64,000 nt of DNA from Hormiphora californensis. Taxonomy: Eukaryota > Animalia > Ctenophora. Under the pieces are notes generated by a model. That model had not been told where the DNA came from. It made no database searches and saw only the letters and a list, made by a program, of their open reading frames with translations. Below are positions 41,201-53,473 of the stretch, in pieces. The stretch's first letter is position 1; every line of letters starts with the position of its first letter. The stretch covers positions 4,836,001 to 4,900,000 of the forward strand of contig CM035354.1 in the NCBI GenBank assembly GCA_020137815.1, written 5' to 3'. Made by a program: the position numbers and the translations under genes.

Positions 41201-44200
41201 AATGCCCATGTGCATTGCAACCGCTCTCATCAAATCAAATAAAAACCTTTTGGATTTTGTTATGAAATGAGTTTTGATTGATTCCTAATCCTGTTTACTG
41301 TTTGATTGGAATAAATGGTAAACCATTTACTTACCAAGTGATGGAATGGTCTCCTGTAAATCCGATTAGTCAACCTCCCCGCAGCGTGCCGGTCCATCCT
41401 GGTAACGGCGTCAGGGCACAGCTATATGGTTAGGTGTCATGCTCTTGTCGGTAGTCTTAGAATCGGGAAGGATGGTCTGGTGGAAGCAATGACATATAAT
41501 CATTATGTCGCTTCACCATCTCACCTGTCAGACAACGCCCGATCTTGCTGCATTTTATAGACTTCTATAATTATTACCCACTGGACATAAGTAGCATATA
41601 ATATCTAATTAAGATCTTAATAAGATCATGTCAAGTAATTGCCATGTCATAATTAAGACAGGGCGACAGAGATCTCATATTATGTACGATATAAAGTGCA
41701 TAATATATGCTCATTTGATCATTATCCCATCTCTTTAGCTGCAGGCAAAGTCAGTTGATGGTTGTCATCGCTTCGCTGCTGATAGACAACCAAGATCTAT
41801 TCTTTTTCGTACAATTCCAAAATTGACTGATTTAATAATCCAAATATATTTAGCTATCGATATGGAAGAGTCCAGTAAATCGATTGTCACGGTATCGTAA
41901 ACTGAGATTTAGATGTATTACACTATTACATCCCCATCTCAATTTACAATGCCGATACCATATCACAATATCACTGTAGTGTTGCCGGATGATTGTTTAA
42001 ACGGTAGACTAAGGACCTCACTTCCTGGCCTTGTTCCACCATGTTCATTTCCCAGTGTGACTATTACACCTCAGTTGCTGCATAAAAACATCGCGACACT
42101 TATTCTTGGGCTCTTGGCACTGTCATTTGCATTGTATGTGGGGTAGGAAATATATGTCGAAAATTAATCGAGTTAGGGTACCTAAATGTCGAAGTTGCTT
42201 AAATGCGAAACTGCAGCAATAGTATATTATATAATGCTGTAATTATTTTGTGGGTTTCTTTTTCATTCCTATCCCAGTTAACTGATTTGTATGACGTCAC
42301 AAACCACACAATCGGAATTGGATATGTGCTTTGTGAGCTCCCCATGATAGTTGTATATGCGGTATCCCATTGATAGTTAGGATACCGCAAACTTTAATCG
42401 AATCAGTTTCATTCGTTTTTTTATCCTCCTATATTAAGAAATAGTGTAATGGCTCCGAGTTTATAAAACTCAATTTGAAGCCAATCACAGCTGTGTTTAT
42501 GTAATTGTTTCGATATCGGTTCGAGTTCTTGTTCAACGTTTACAAAATACACCTGCTATATTTTTCTAGATCTGTTTTACTTATTGCATCGTATACCAAG
42601 CTTCAATTGAACCTTTTTTAGAATAGTGGTTACAAAGTGTGTAAGATGAACTATACTGAAGACGTCGACCTATCCAGCATCCACTGGCTAACCCACAAGA
42701 CAATATTCACCCTGAATTTCCTGCTTGGAACACCCCTAAACACTCTCTGCTTCATGTTCTTCATGTGGGGGGACAATGATAGCAATTCTCGGCTAATACA
42801 CCGGTGGATCACCCTACTGGATCTGATAACGTGTGCTGCAACCATCCTCCCCACCATTAACACCTTCCACAGTGGAGTGTTCAACTCCCCAATTCTCTGC
42901 AACATCTACGGAATGTTTTGGAACTGTGCGATACGTGTTGCGATTTTTCTAATAGCGGTATTGAGCTGTACACGAGCCCTAGTGACTGTAGATCCCTTTA
43001 TAAATGTAAGGAAGGGTGTGATAACTTGGATAGTAGGAGGATATTCTCTCCTCCAACTTATTCAGGCTACCATCCCCTTCTGGTTTGGAGGTATCTACAG
43101 CTACTTCCCATCTGTTGAAACGTGTACATGGAACTTAAGAACAACTATCTTCAAGACTGAAACGCCGACTAATTACCAAGTCAAGTGTGCTGTGGCTGTT
43201 TTTATTTTGCTCGTAGCAGTCCAGTTTATAGTGCCTATTCTAGTGATATTGGTGTCCGGGATTGTATCATGTGTGTCTCTACTAAGAAAACCGGCCGTTA
43301 GTCAGGATAGCGTTCACAGAAGTGCGGTTGTGACAGTTTCCCTGTTGACCTGCGCTTGTCTGTGTATAAACTCGCCCTATGGGTTTGTGATATGTGGGTC
43401 GCTTTATAATTATTGGTTCCCAGAGAATCATTTAATTTCCAGAAAACTTTTGGCTGATATTAATATTTTTGTTTATGGTCATTCCGTAGCACTAAACTCG
43501 ATCGCCAATGCGATAATTTATCTCGTTAGAATTCGGAAATTGCGTACATTTGTGGTGGAGAAGATGTCACTATTTTACGGGAAAGTTTCCCAGGGTTTCA
43601 TGTCCCATACTTACAGTACTGTCAGTGTATAATAGGGTGTGCTAAGTGAAAATTTTGTCGACTTGGCCAATAGTTTAAGGGTAGATATGAAACTATGGAC
43701 AATTGTCTACTACATCCTGAAATCGGAATTGGGGTAGTGTATGTCAATTACGTGGGCCAGGCGATTAAAAAAGTTTACTTTTTTACCGAAAAAAGGAAAA
43801 TATTTGTGTTTTACACCAGTGTTTGGCATGTTCTTGGTATCAACTTTTCATGAACGGGATCGTGTTCAGCAGGTCAAAATTAGTCGGTTACAACCGGAAT
43901 TTGCTTTCCGACAAATAAAATCTCAAAAAGTTAAAATTCGTCTCCACTAATACTGCAAAGTAGGAAAATGTGCAAGAAAAAAAGATGAAAAAAAATAAAT
44001 TTTTCATTATAAAATGGAGTTCTGAAGGTGCATACTGGAAATAATGGTTGTACTGGTTCTCATGAGGCGATTCATATGTGTGGTTTTTTCGAAATAACGC
44101 CCCAAAAAACATTTTTTGATATGAATATGCCCATATATGGGCATACATCGGCCCACGTAATTGGGCCAGGGTAGGACTAAAATTTTTTTACCAAATGTTT

Positions 44201-46073
44201 TAGAATGATCGTAGGAACTCATTCTAGGGGTAAACTTTGTGAAAATTGGATTTGATTTATGAGTTGGGAAAAATAGCACACCCTACACTGTATAACCAAT
44301 AACTTTCAAAATCGAACTCACGAACTGTGTAATATGTTGTTTTACCCTGCCATGAAATGCGTTTTTATTGATTCTTGGTCTTGTCCATTGTTGATTTTCA
44401 TGAATAAGATCCAATCAGAAATTAGAAAAATATCTGGCGAGGGCGGGATTCGAACCGACAACCTTGTTCCTATATTTTCACTGTTGGATTAGCATTTACT
44501 AAACCGGTTTTACCTAATTCCTGATGTAATTATTTCCCAATTTCCCAGGTGCCCATCCCAGTTCCCCCAACCCTAAGAAGTGCCCAACCAGTACCTGAAA
44601 AGTTGTGGCTCATCCAGAAATACATGTCTGAACTTCAGTAAGTTTGCAGTAGCTAGCAGCTTCCAGTTTCCATAAATGATAAATCAGACCAAATCAACAC
44701 TCAATTCCATCACGCTTGACTGATTGAGCCAAAAGACTGCATTAGCATTCAATTATGATGTCTGATTTTATGTTCCCCTTCAGATACGATTACACAGGCC
44801 TGCAATTTTTCGAGATCCGAAAGAATAGGCCTCTGTGCAGACTGATGGACGTTGCAAAAACTATTATCAAGGAGTCGCTACCAATAAAGTGTCTAGAGGC
44901 GGTTATTCTGTCTATCTACCTGACTAGTGACCTGAGCGGTGTTAACCGCTTCCCCATCGCTTTTAGAAGCAAATTCGAAGGGGAAACATACAAGTAAGTC
45001 AGCTTCCATCCACACCCGATAAACAATGTCTGAGAGATTAATGATTCTAGATCTCATTATGTACCATTTTAAACAGCAGCTAAATCTTGAACTTTCACCC
45101 CTACCCCCTTCAGACATATCGTATTGGGTGTGTATTATAATGGTCGGTTTGGGGCTCTGGGTCTCAGCAGACGAAATACCCTGATGTACAAGGAGATGAG
45201 GTTCAAGACATTGCTGGACCTACTGAACCATTACATCAGCTCCTATAGGGATTGTAAGTTAAATTCTGAATTAGTGCTATGCCATATATTTCAGGCCTTC
45301 ATACCGACACTGAATAGTGAATACTCGAACATCGAACTTTATGACAGAAGTCAGATCATGGTTCCAAGACACAACTGAATAGCCGACGCGGATTACCCAA
45401 CCGCTCTTTTCTGTTGAAAGTGCATTTCAGCACTCTGTGGATCAGAAACGTGTGCGCGTGCTCTGTAAACAAACTTCACGCGCGCGCAGCATATTGACAA
45501 CAGCAAATGTACTGACAAGCGACCCAGTGTCTCTCAAGTTCCAATTGTTCTGTGGCCCCAACCTAAAAATCTGAAAGGGATTGCATTTCTGATATATAAC
45601 CGACCCATTCTCAGGTTGTCATACTGTGGACAGAATAAAGCTGGGCTTGCCAGTGAGCCATGATAAGCAGAGTATGGAGTCGATACTGTGGAAATACATG
45701 GTGATCCGACCAGGTCGGGTATCAAACAAGGAATTCACCCAACAATGTGACACATTCTCACGGCAACTTCGGGGACAGGTTAGTAGTAACACATGATAAC
45801 AGACAACTGGCCTTATGGTCGTCTAAGACAATTGCAAAAGCAACAACCACTTGAACAACACATTTTAAACAAGACAATGCTAGGGTTCCCCTGGCAGCTC
45901 TCATCAGCATATCAACCCCCCTTCAGACTGCCCACCAAATGAAGTACGCTAAACAGTGCAGAGATGCGGCGGGGGAACAGAAACCAGCTGGAAACAGTGG
46001 AACAACATCAGATAGCTCAGATGTTACTAACGGGTCAGGGACGAAGACAAAGACTCTGAAAAACTCACGATAA
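33118..46073 (+). CDS. VASH: Vasohibin (tubulin tyrosine carboxypeptidase)
   Basis: Exons 33118-33279, 44549-44637, 44784-44993, 45114-45253, 45615-45778 and 45927-46073 splice in frame. Motifs: INKDGFPV..WNTMW..IRGNADLPQ|VPIP, YTGLQFFEIRKNRPL, LPIKCLEAVIL (catalytic Cys), HIVLG (His) and GALGLSRR (Ser). Confidence 0.93.
33813..35220. mobile_element. Putative non-autonomous element embedded in a (GA)n tract, with an internal 21-bp minisatellite
   Basis: (GA)n on both sides, short inverted ends GGTCCAC (33823) / GTGGACC (35213), and GC-rich hairpins near both ends. Confidence 0.45.
34212..34830. repeat. ~21-bp minisatellite (ctggaacggggtcagctgtcc-type, with shorter variants)
   Basis: Tandem units seen directly. 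Confidence 0.95.
37112..38307 (-). mobile_element. Composite non-autonomous Helitron-like insertion
   Basis: On the minus strand it begins TC (38307) and ends CTAG (37112) with a subterminal hairpin cgttg-taaat-caacg, between A and T. The paralogous region shows the empty site gtttacaaaa|tacacctgc at ~42547. A second TC/CTAG junction lies at 37272/37273. Confidence 0.55.
38397..39386 (+). CDS. Intronless class A (rhodopsin-like) orphan GPCR, copy 1, nested in vasohibin intron 1
   Basis: Seven hydrophobic segments; GTPLN in TM1, LLDL in TM2, TM3 Cys (LCNIYG), AVLSCTR (DRY equivalent) and LNSIANAIIY (NPxxY equivalent). Confidence 0.9.
   Translation: MNYTEDLSSIHWLTHKTIFTLNFLLGTPLNTLCFMFFMWGDNDSNSRLIHRWITLLDLITCAATILPTINSFNETVFNSPILCNIYGMFWNCAIRVAIFLIAVLSCTRALVTVDPFINVRKGVITWIVGGYSLLQLIQATIPFWFGGTYNYDESIETCTWNVRIVIFKTDGRLNNYQVKWAVAVFILLVAVQFIVPILVILVSGIVSCVSLLRKPAISQDSVHRSAVVTVSLLTCACLCINAPVLFVVCGSLYNYWFPENHLITNELLNDVNVFVYGHSLALNSIANAIIYLVRIRKLRMFVLKKMSLFYGNVSQSLMARFHTYSTVRT
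39437..40432. mobile_element. ~1-kb palindromic foldback non-autonomous DNA transposon
   Basis: Termini tagtagggacgaatct / agattcgtccctacta. Arms of ~450 bp are reverse complements with scattered mismatches around a 24-bp spacer (39915-39938). Confidence 0.85.
40695..41000. repeat. C-rich (CCCACCCAT-like) low-complexity repeat; G-quadruplex-prone on the minus strand
   Basis: Seen directly in the sequence. Confidence 0.8.
42646..43632 (+). CDS. Intronless class A orphan GPCR, copy 2 (tandem paralog)
   Basis: Same 7TM motifs as copy 1 and near-identical outside the extracellular regions. Upstream DNA (~41425-42600) is homologous to ~36045-37110. Confidence 0.9.
   Translation: MNYTEDVDLSSIHWLTHKTIFTLNFLLGTPLNTLCFMFFMWGDNDSNSRLIHRWITLLDLITCAATILPTINTFHSGVFNSPILCNIYGMFWNCAIRVAIFLIAVLSCTRALVTVDPFINVRKGVITWIVGGYSLLQLIQATIPFWFGGIYSYFPSVETCTWNLRTTIFKTETPTNYQVKCAVAVFILLVAVQFIVPILVILVSGIVSCVSLLRKPAVSQDSVHRSAVVTVSLLTCACLCINSPYGFVICGSLYNYWFPENHLISRKLLADINIFVYGHSVALNSIANAIIYLVRIRKLRTFVVEKMSLFYGKVSQGFMSHTYSTVSV
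43633..44285. mobile_element. MITE-like element with 12-bp TIRs inserted immediately after the GPCR2 stop codon
   Basis: tagggtgtgcta (43633) / tagcacacccta (44285). The 3' UTR similarity to GPCR1 (tgtataaccaa) resumes after it. Confidence 0.7.
44435..44465 (-). other. tRNA 3'-half/B-box-like fragment (SINE remnant?)
   Basis: Minus strand reads ggttgtcGGTTCGAATCCcgcctcgcca; no complete cloverleaf is visible. Confidence 0.35.
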
Positions 46074-46315
46074 CTGATGTGTTTATATACATAGGACAGG
46101 GGACATATTGTTGTATTTATTTGTGTACATGTGTATATATAGTTTTTCTAGTTTTTGGGAGACTTTAAATGGGTTTATTTAAGATTGTGCTGAAAAGAAT
46201 ATCATGACTTGTAAAATAAAGAGCTGCAGAGACACGCTCACTCAAACTAGGATCAACCCAGTGAGGCACAGTGTCCTACATTTATCAAACACAGAAAGGG
46301 CAGTAAATATATTGT

Positions 46316-49300
46316 TCATCGCTTTGCAAGGGGTTTTGTGGCTGTTGGAGGGGGTGGTGGACCAACTTTCTCTAGTTCAGTTAGGAATTCTTCTAGAATC
46401 CTGTCTCTGTCGTCTGGGAGATCATCCAACACTAGACCTCTCTTGTCATTCTGAAACGGGATTCAGGAATTAGGGTGGGAGATAAATGATCAGCTATTTC
46501 AACCAGAGGGGTGGAACTGTGGAAGAAGTCATTAGTCAAGGTCACATGATTCTCACCTTTAAAAACTGTTTTAATTCCCGCATGTGGGTGTCTCCCGTTG
46601 CACCACGGAGTGTCTCCTTGCTCCGGTATGTGATACACTTTGTCTCCCCGAGTAGAGTTCTAAAATCTGCCTTTGCTTGGGCTAATTTGTCCGTGATGTA
46701 CCGGTCATACTCCGCTTCCCTCTCCTGTGAATAGAGATAGATGAGAAAATTTGACAATAATATTATGGAAAAGGGGGCCAAAAAAGTCCATCGGCCGAAA
46801 TAAGGGGTTTATAATGTGTTTACCTTGTCATCATCAGATAATTTAGAGAACCGAGAATCATGTTTTATCTTCCTCCTCACTTCCTTCCACGTTGAGGTTA
46901 GTGTCACATGTTCACACTCATCCAACATCCTTACAAAGGCCCTCTTCCTCTTACTGGACAGACTCTCAATGTGCTGGGTAAACAATTTCTCCTTCTGCTC
47001 CACGTCTAACAGTGATGTCATCTCCCAGCGTGTATCATCCTTTAGTTGCTTCCTTGTTTTCCTCCACGAGGCATCAGGATCCCGCACCATATCGTGAAGT
47101 AGGGCAGTGAAGTGCTGTTTGGCCTCCTCCTGGGCGTGGGCTCCCCTCTCTCGCTCCCATTCTCTACTTTGGTCAACCTGAAGGGGAGTTTGAGTCGGAA
47201 TGAGCACTAATGTAGCTTCAAGCTTGGGTGGTTTGAAGAAAGTTGTAGGGACTAGGGAGGGCAAGAAGGGTGGGGGGATCATGCTGTTTTACCTGTCTTC
47301 TGGCGACGTCACCCTCTCGTCTCTTCATTGCAGCCGCCTCACGCTCCCTTTTCTCCAAGGCTTTCTTTTCACCATCACTCAACTTCGGTTTCTCAACCTC
47401 TTTCTCGACCTCCTTCTCCACTTCCTTTTTATCCTCCCTTTCCTCTACGTCTTCTGTCTTTGATTCTTTCTCCTCTTTTTTCTCTTTCTTCTTCTTCTCC
47501 TCCCCTAACAGCTTGGTGTACTCGTAGAAGTATTCTTCTCGCAGGGCAGAGGAACCAACAGCATGGTACCTGGAAAGTTAGTTTTTCAGTCATGGACAGT
47601 GGACAGGCGTGTAAATGGTTCTTTTTTCAAACACAATTGCCAGGGACTAGGCTAAAGAGATATTCCATCTAATATTATACGGCCAGACATGGGTTTAGAC
47701 CTTGTCAATGTTAAGTTTACCCACCTATCTTCCTCAAAGAAATACTTCTTCTTTTTGTTCCAAGGTGAATCAGGTTTAATCTTCACATCTCCATTCTTCA
47801 ACATCTCAAAGAATTCATCCTTGATCTGAAACGGGAGAAATTAAAATTAACTAAATCCTCACAACTCCGAGTCTTATCTTGCTTGTTCACAGCACATTGT
47901 TTCCGTGTGTGTACATCTGTTGCAGCTCGAATGGAGCAGCTGGATAGTCGATTAAGATGGCGCGCGAAAACACCTCTACTTTTCTATCAAGGGTAGCATC
48001 GCGCGCTTACATACCTTTCTCCCACGCTATTCAAAATGTGACAATTTGTGGCGCATAATACCTTTTGGACTTTATTGACCTCTTTTGAATCTTTTCGGTC
48101 CCTCGTGGACCTATCCCGACTCCTCTCATCCCTATCTCCACGACTCTCTCTCCGATCATCACGCCCATCAGCGTCGATCATCCCTTCTATCATCACGCCG
48201 GCTATCTCTCCTATCATCTCGAGTATCACGCCGATCCCGGTCATCTCGCCTATCATCTCGGCCACCATCTCTACTTTCCCTCCTGTCCCTCCTATCTTCC
48301 TCATCTCGCCTAGCTGCGGGATCCTCCCTCTTTTCTCTCTTCACATCATTAAATAGCTTGCTCCCTTTCCTTCATCTTTTCAATCGCTTTGAATCGGGCT
48401 TCCTTACCAAACTTCTGTGCGAAATCACTGAATGTTGCCCTGTAAGAAAACACAGTAGTTATTAGTTTCCAACTTCCATTATATGGAGTTACCATGTTAA
48501 CCTAACTAGTTACCATGGTTACCATCTGTCAACTAACCTGGATGAAAGATTGGCTGACTCCACCAACTTCTTGAACTGTTCCCTATTTTCCTTCAACTTG
48601 TTTCTCTTCTCTATCCTCTCTTCCTCTGCCCTACTCTTCACATAGGTATCATAAGCCTGCTTCCTCTCCCGCCCCGAGAGAAGGAGGTACCTCTGATCAA
48701 ACACTATCTTGTGCAGCTCTTTCTCCCAAGTGCTAAATGCAGACACCTCTCTATCCACTAGAAGTTGTCTGAATGCTGCCTGCCGCTCATCCAAAGTCAT
48801 CTTCTCTTTACAGTACTTCACCTCTTCTTCCTCAGTCTTCTCTTCTCCTCCCTCTTCCTTCTTTGCTTCTTCACTGGGGAGACAAGTGTTATACAGGTAT
48901 TGTTCAACTTGTTCATACTTCTAATTTTAACACAAACATCATCTTTCTACTTTATCACGAACACAATTCCCAAATAACTGACATGCTCTTTCTCACACCT
49001 TCCTAATTTGACAAAACCAAATTACCTTTGTTTTGGTTCCATCTTCTCAGGTTCCTCCTGTAGTTTTGGTTGTTCATTTACAGGGTTAATAATGATGTTA
49101 GGATCGGGTCGGGTCGCAACCTCAGATCTGTCCAGTCTGAGAGGGGTAATTAACTGTTGGGTGCCGTGTTATAGTGACTCAGAACAGACAGTTACAAACA
49201 ACATCTTATATCGTGCATCTAATGTAAGGGAAATGATTATCTAGAAAAGTGTTAGATGTTAGGTGTTAGAGGGTTTTGTGGGAGAATATGGATTAAGAAA

Positions 49301-52300
49301 TTTTAGCTAAAAGGGGGTTATGTTTTTTGTCCTGTAAAGGGTTAAGAAATTGGACCTGAAAAAAAGATAATAGTTTGAAACTAACAAAAAATTGTGAATT
49401 AAAAATCCTGTAAAATGGAATATTGTTTTCATTCTAAAAGGTAGGTTACTATTATTATTATGTCACTATCTAAATGGCTAATTACCCTCCACAATTTAAT
49501 AGAGATGGAACAAAACGATACTAACCACTTCAAGCTGCAGTCGCTAGCTACATTACCTTGAGGTACTAAACTAGGGGAGAGTGAGAGAGAGGCCGATATT
49601 TGGAGATTGCGGACCTCGGGACTCGTGCAGTGATCAGCTCTGAATAAACGGTGAAATATGGGGCACGGAGGAAAGGGGGATAAACAATTAAATTTTGGAT
49701 TTTTGAGTGTCAAACTGAATTAAAAAACATTTTGGAAAAATTGAACACGTGAATTGTATATAAAATTAAACCTATAGTTGATTAGAAAAGGAAAGGAGTT
49801 TGGTTATTTGTTTGTCATTGTCCTGTTTGTCATGTTGTCTTCTCCGCTGTACCCTCTCTGATTAGGGACACTACACTACCCTTCGTTCCTGAAAATGTTA
49901 CCAAACCTGATCCTCGGCTCTGTTAGGGTTAAAAGTTACAAAAAAGGGAAAAAAGAACAATGATGGTAAAGACACAATTTAAACAGCATTTTGAGGGTAC
50001 ACTTACTTTAGTCTCTTTTTCACATGGTCCATGTTGTCTGACGCTGGCTTTTCTGAAGAGATAAAACCAGTTTAAAAAAGCGGGAAAGTGGAAAACAGAT
50101 AACAACAACGGAAGTAATGTGCAGAGTGCATCGATTGTTAGTAAGTAGTAACGGTAATCGGGCCATTACATAATCTCTAAAATTTCACTAACCGTGTTTC
50201 TTGGCAGATTTAGGAGGGTTAGCCAGCAGTTTCTGCACCTGTAGATTGTTCTGTAACTCGTCAGGCATCACCCAATGCGACTCTTTAGTTAACGAATTGT
50301 AGAAGAAACTCCTACTATCACCTGTCCAAACAACACACCATGTAGTTCCTATGATACTGTTAATAGCTACGGGTTTATTAGCGTCAGCGCCTGTTGAGGG
50401 GGCGGCCTCCTCCTGGTCACTGCTACTCTCCCCTCCTCCTCCTCCCATCTCCATCTCGTCCTGGGTCGGCGGGGGCGTTCCACTGTCACCTGTAAAATAG
50501 GGAAAGAGAGGTAGATTGTAGTTTTTGTCCAGTGAAATATAGAGCCATTTTGTGAGGTGATTATAGAAGGAATTCATATTTGGCTCTCGTACCCATATTA
50601 TCAGGGGTGTCATCTCTCCCTCCTCCTTCTAGCTTCTTGTTGATATTGGCGGCTAGAGCGGCTGCTGCGGCCCTTGCTGCTATAATTGCTGGAGCAACTG
50701 AGTCAGGGACTCCTGGAATAGCTGGGGGAGGAGTGTAATTATAGCTAGGATTGTGCATGTCATGTTTTCGAAGTTCACAAAGGTACAAACTTTAGCAACC
50801 AGGATCTGATCAAAATGTGTAGATACAGTTATTTTGAAGAATTTACACTTACACACAGAGGAAGGTTGGTTTTGTTGCAGGTTTTGTGCTGCCTGTAGTG
50901 CGGCTGCAGCAACACTAGCTGCAGGTGGGGGTTGTTGGTGGGGGTCTCCTCCCCTCTGTTGGTGACCGTATAGTAGGTGTGGAGGAGGTTTGTTGTTGTT
51001 GTCACCTGGCCCCATTGGGGGCTGTTGTTGTTGTGGTGGTGGACCACTGTTGTTGTTACCCTGTGTGGAATAGTGTTAGTTAGTAATACTGTAGTACTTA
51101 CCACTAGTATAATTAGTCTGTAGTGTTGTTAGTATTACTTGTCCTGTATTTTCTGTCCTAGCCACTGCCCCTTATCATATTTCCCCAACCACTATCCCCC
51201 TCCCTAACCTGTTGCTGCTCATCCATTTCCTTTGGCCTCTTCCACACGCTCTGTTTGGTCACTGCGTTGTAGTAGTATGTCAAATCCTCATCTGTCTTGT
51301 GCTCCGACCATATCTTATCGGGGATGGGGGCAGCGAAGGGGGGCGGGAACCTCTGGGGTGGATGCTGTTGGTGTTGTTGATGAGGCGGGGGGCCACCACC
51401 ACTAATCGGGGGACCTGGGGGACCTGAAATGTAATTAGTGATCAGAATTAGTGTTGCATAATGAGTGTATGTTTATGTGGTTATTGTCAATTCGCCACAA
51501 TCAATTATTTTAATTAATTGGCTTAATTAACTAATTTAATTAGTCTAATTAATTAGTTTAATTAACTAGTCTAATTAGCATCTGTTATCACACCACTCAC
51601 CATCGTCCTTTATCTGCGGTTTAACCCACACCGTCTTCTGAGTTTTACAGTTGTAATAGTACGGTCTCCCAGTATCGTTCTTGTACTCTATCCACACGTC
51701 TCCATTGATATCGGTAAACATGGGATTATTGGGTGGAGGGGCGCCTCCCATCTGACAGGGAGGAGGGTAGGGATTTAAACGGGAGGAGGGATGATGCATC
51801 ATGATGTAAAATAAAAATCTATCACAAAAAGAGGGGGGATGACCGAAAATAAATGATTCTAAATAAGTAACCTACCATAGGTCCAGGAGGGAAGTTTCCC
51901 CCATCTCCTCCCCATGGCCTCGGTCCTCCTCCTCCAAACATGTTGGGCGGTGGTCCACCTCTAAACCCACCCCTCATACCACCCCTTGGGGAGCCCCTGT
52001 TGTTAAAATTAGGCCGTGGGAAATTCCCACCTCCACCACCAGTGAGGTGGTCTCATATTGAAGGGCGGCCTCATACCTGGGGGAGGACCTCCCACCTCTC
52101 CAGTGTTGGGGTGGGCCACCTCGGGAGGGGTGCATACCTGGTGGACCACCACCCTCCATACCGGGCGGGGCGAGGTCCTCACACCCAGGGGGTCCATCCA
52201 CTGGGGGCAGACCTGCGGGGTTCATGGAGAAGTGGTTGTGTTGGTGTGGAGGGGGCTCATCGTGGTACCCGTCCCCCTCTATCCCTGGAGGTCCATCATC

Positions 52301-52309
52301 CATCATCAC
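46316..52309 (-). CDS. TCERG1: Transcription elongation regulator 1 (CA150); WW and FF domains, multi-exon
   Basis: WW domains DVWIEYKNDTGRPYYYN..TVWVKP and TTWCVVWTGDSRSFFYNS..SHWVMP. FF domain FRQLLVDREVSAFSTWEKELHKIVFDQRYLLL. C-terminus KCITYRS...GPPPPPTATKP. Some apparent indels. Confidence 0.92.
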
Positions 52310-52495
52310 ACTAACTAATAGAGAGTGGGGTTAATTAATTAGTTGCTAATTAGTGAGGGTAATTAGTAGTTGCTAATTAGCGGGGGTAATTAGTTGGACA
52401 TATAATGGGGGACTTCATAATACACAAAATATTATCAGGTGGTAAAAAGGGCAAAAAACACCAAATAAATTAACAATCCCAGCAATACAATGTCC

Positions 52496-53183
52496 CTATT
52501 CCTCCTCCTCTTCATCGTCCTCTTCACTACTAATTATCATCTCATCATCTATATCTTCATCAAACAGGCTCTCATCCACCTCCACATCATCATCAGCATC
52601 ACCCAGCAACTGGTCACTAATCTCAATATTCCCTCCCTTCGCCAGGAATATCTGCCTGCCAGACAGTTTGTCTGACACCACCTTCACTTTACCCATATTC
52701 TTCTCCTTCAGGAAGTTAGCGTGCCACTCCATAAAGTTCTCCCGTTGTAACCATTGTCCCGTGAAACACAGGAATCTTTTCCTCATCCTCTTTCTCCTTC
52801 AGTTTCTTGTTATAAATGGCATCAGCAAAGTCGTTAACACGATCCTGGAGCTCGGACACAAGGGTAAACACCATGATACACCCTAGCTCCTCCTCTGCCT
52901 TCTTATTCAGCTCAATCAGGATCTCCTTTTGCAGGTCCTCATCCAACTCCCCTCCCTCTGATATGGATATCTCAGGTGGTACGTCAGGGTATTCCTCCGG
53001 GATCTGGAATTTTAACCCCACCGCGAACTCCTTGGGCGGTTTCCCTGGTTCGATGTTCTGGATCTCACATGGGATGGTGATGGTGTAAATGTAAGGGTTG
53101 GTGGAGATGATCTCCAGCTCATTAACATAGATAGACTCAAGGGCCTCCATCTCTCCTTCCTGCTCCTCGGCGTAGTCTGTCAT
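52496..53183 (-). CDS. RWDD1: RWD domain-containing protein 1 (DFRP2/Gir2 family), intronless; one apparent frameshift at ~52745
   Basis: MTDYAEEQEGEMEALESIY, YPDVPP, LGCIMVFTLVS, FHGTMVT/RENFMEW, KLSGRQIF and an acidic tail VDESLF. Confidence 0.92.
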
Positions 53184-53473
53184 TGTGTGTGTAGACTGTA
53201 GTGTGTAGAGTAGACAGTAGTGGTGTTGTAGTAGTGGTGGTGTTGTAGGGAGGAATGCTACGTCAATAATCTTATCATTTCTCACAGGCTAGTTCATATG
53301 GGAAAGGGGTTATTAACCGGGTATAAGATGGTATGGGGGATTAGGGGTCATTGGGTCATGGGTAACTGGTAAGGAGAGGTAGGCAGATTAAAGAAACATA
53401 TCTTGGATAAAAGAGTTAATAATTTAACAGACCAAACAGAATAAAAAATAGTGTCAACAATACAACTGCCTAA

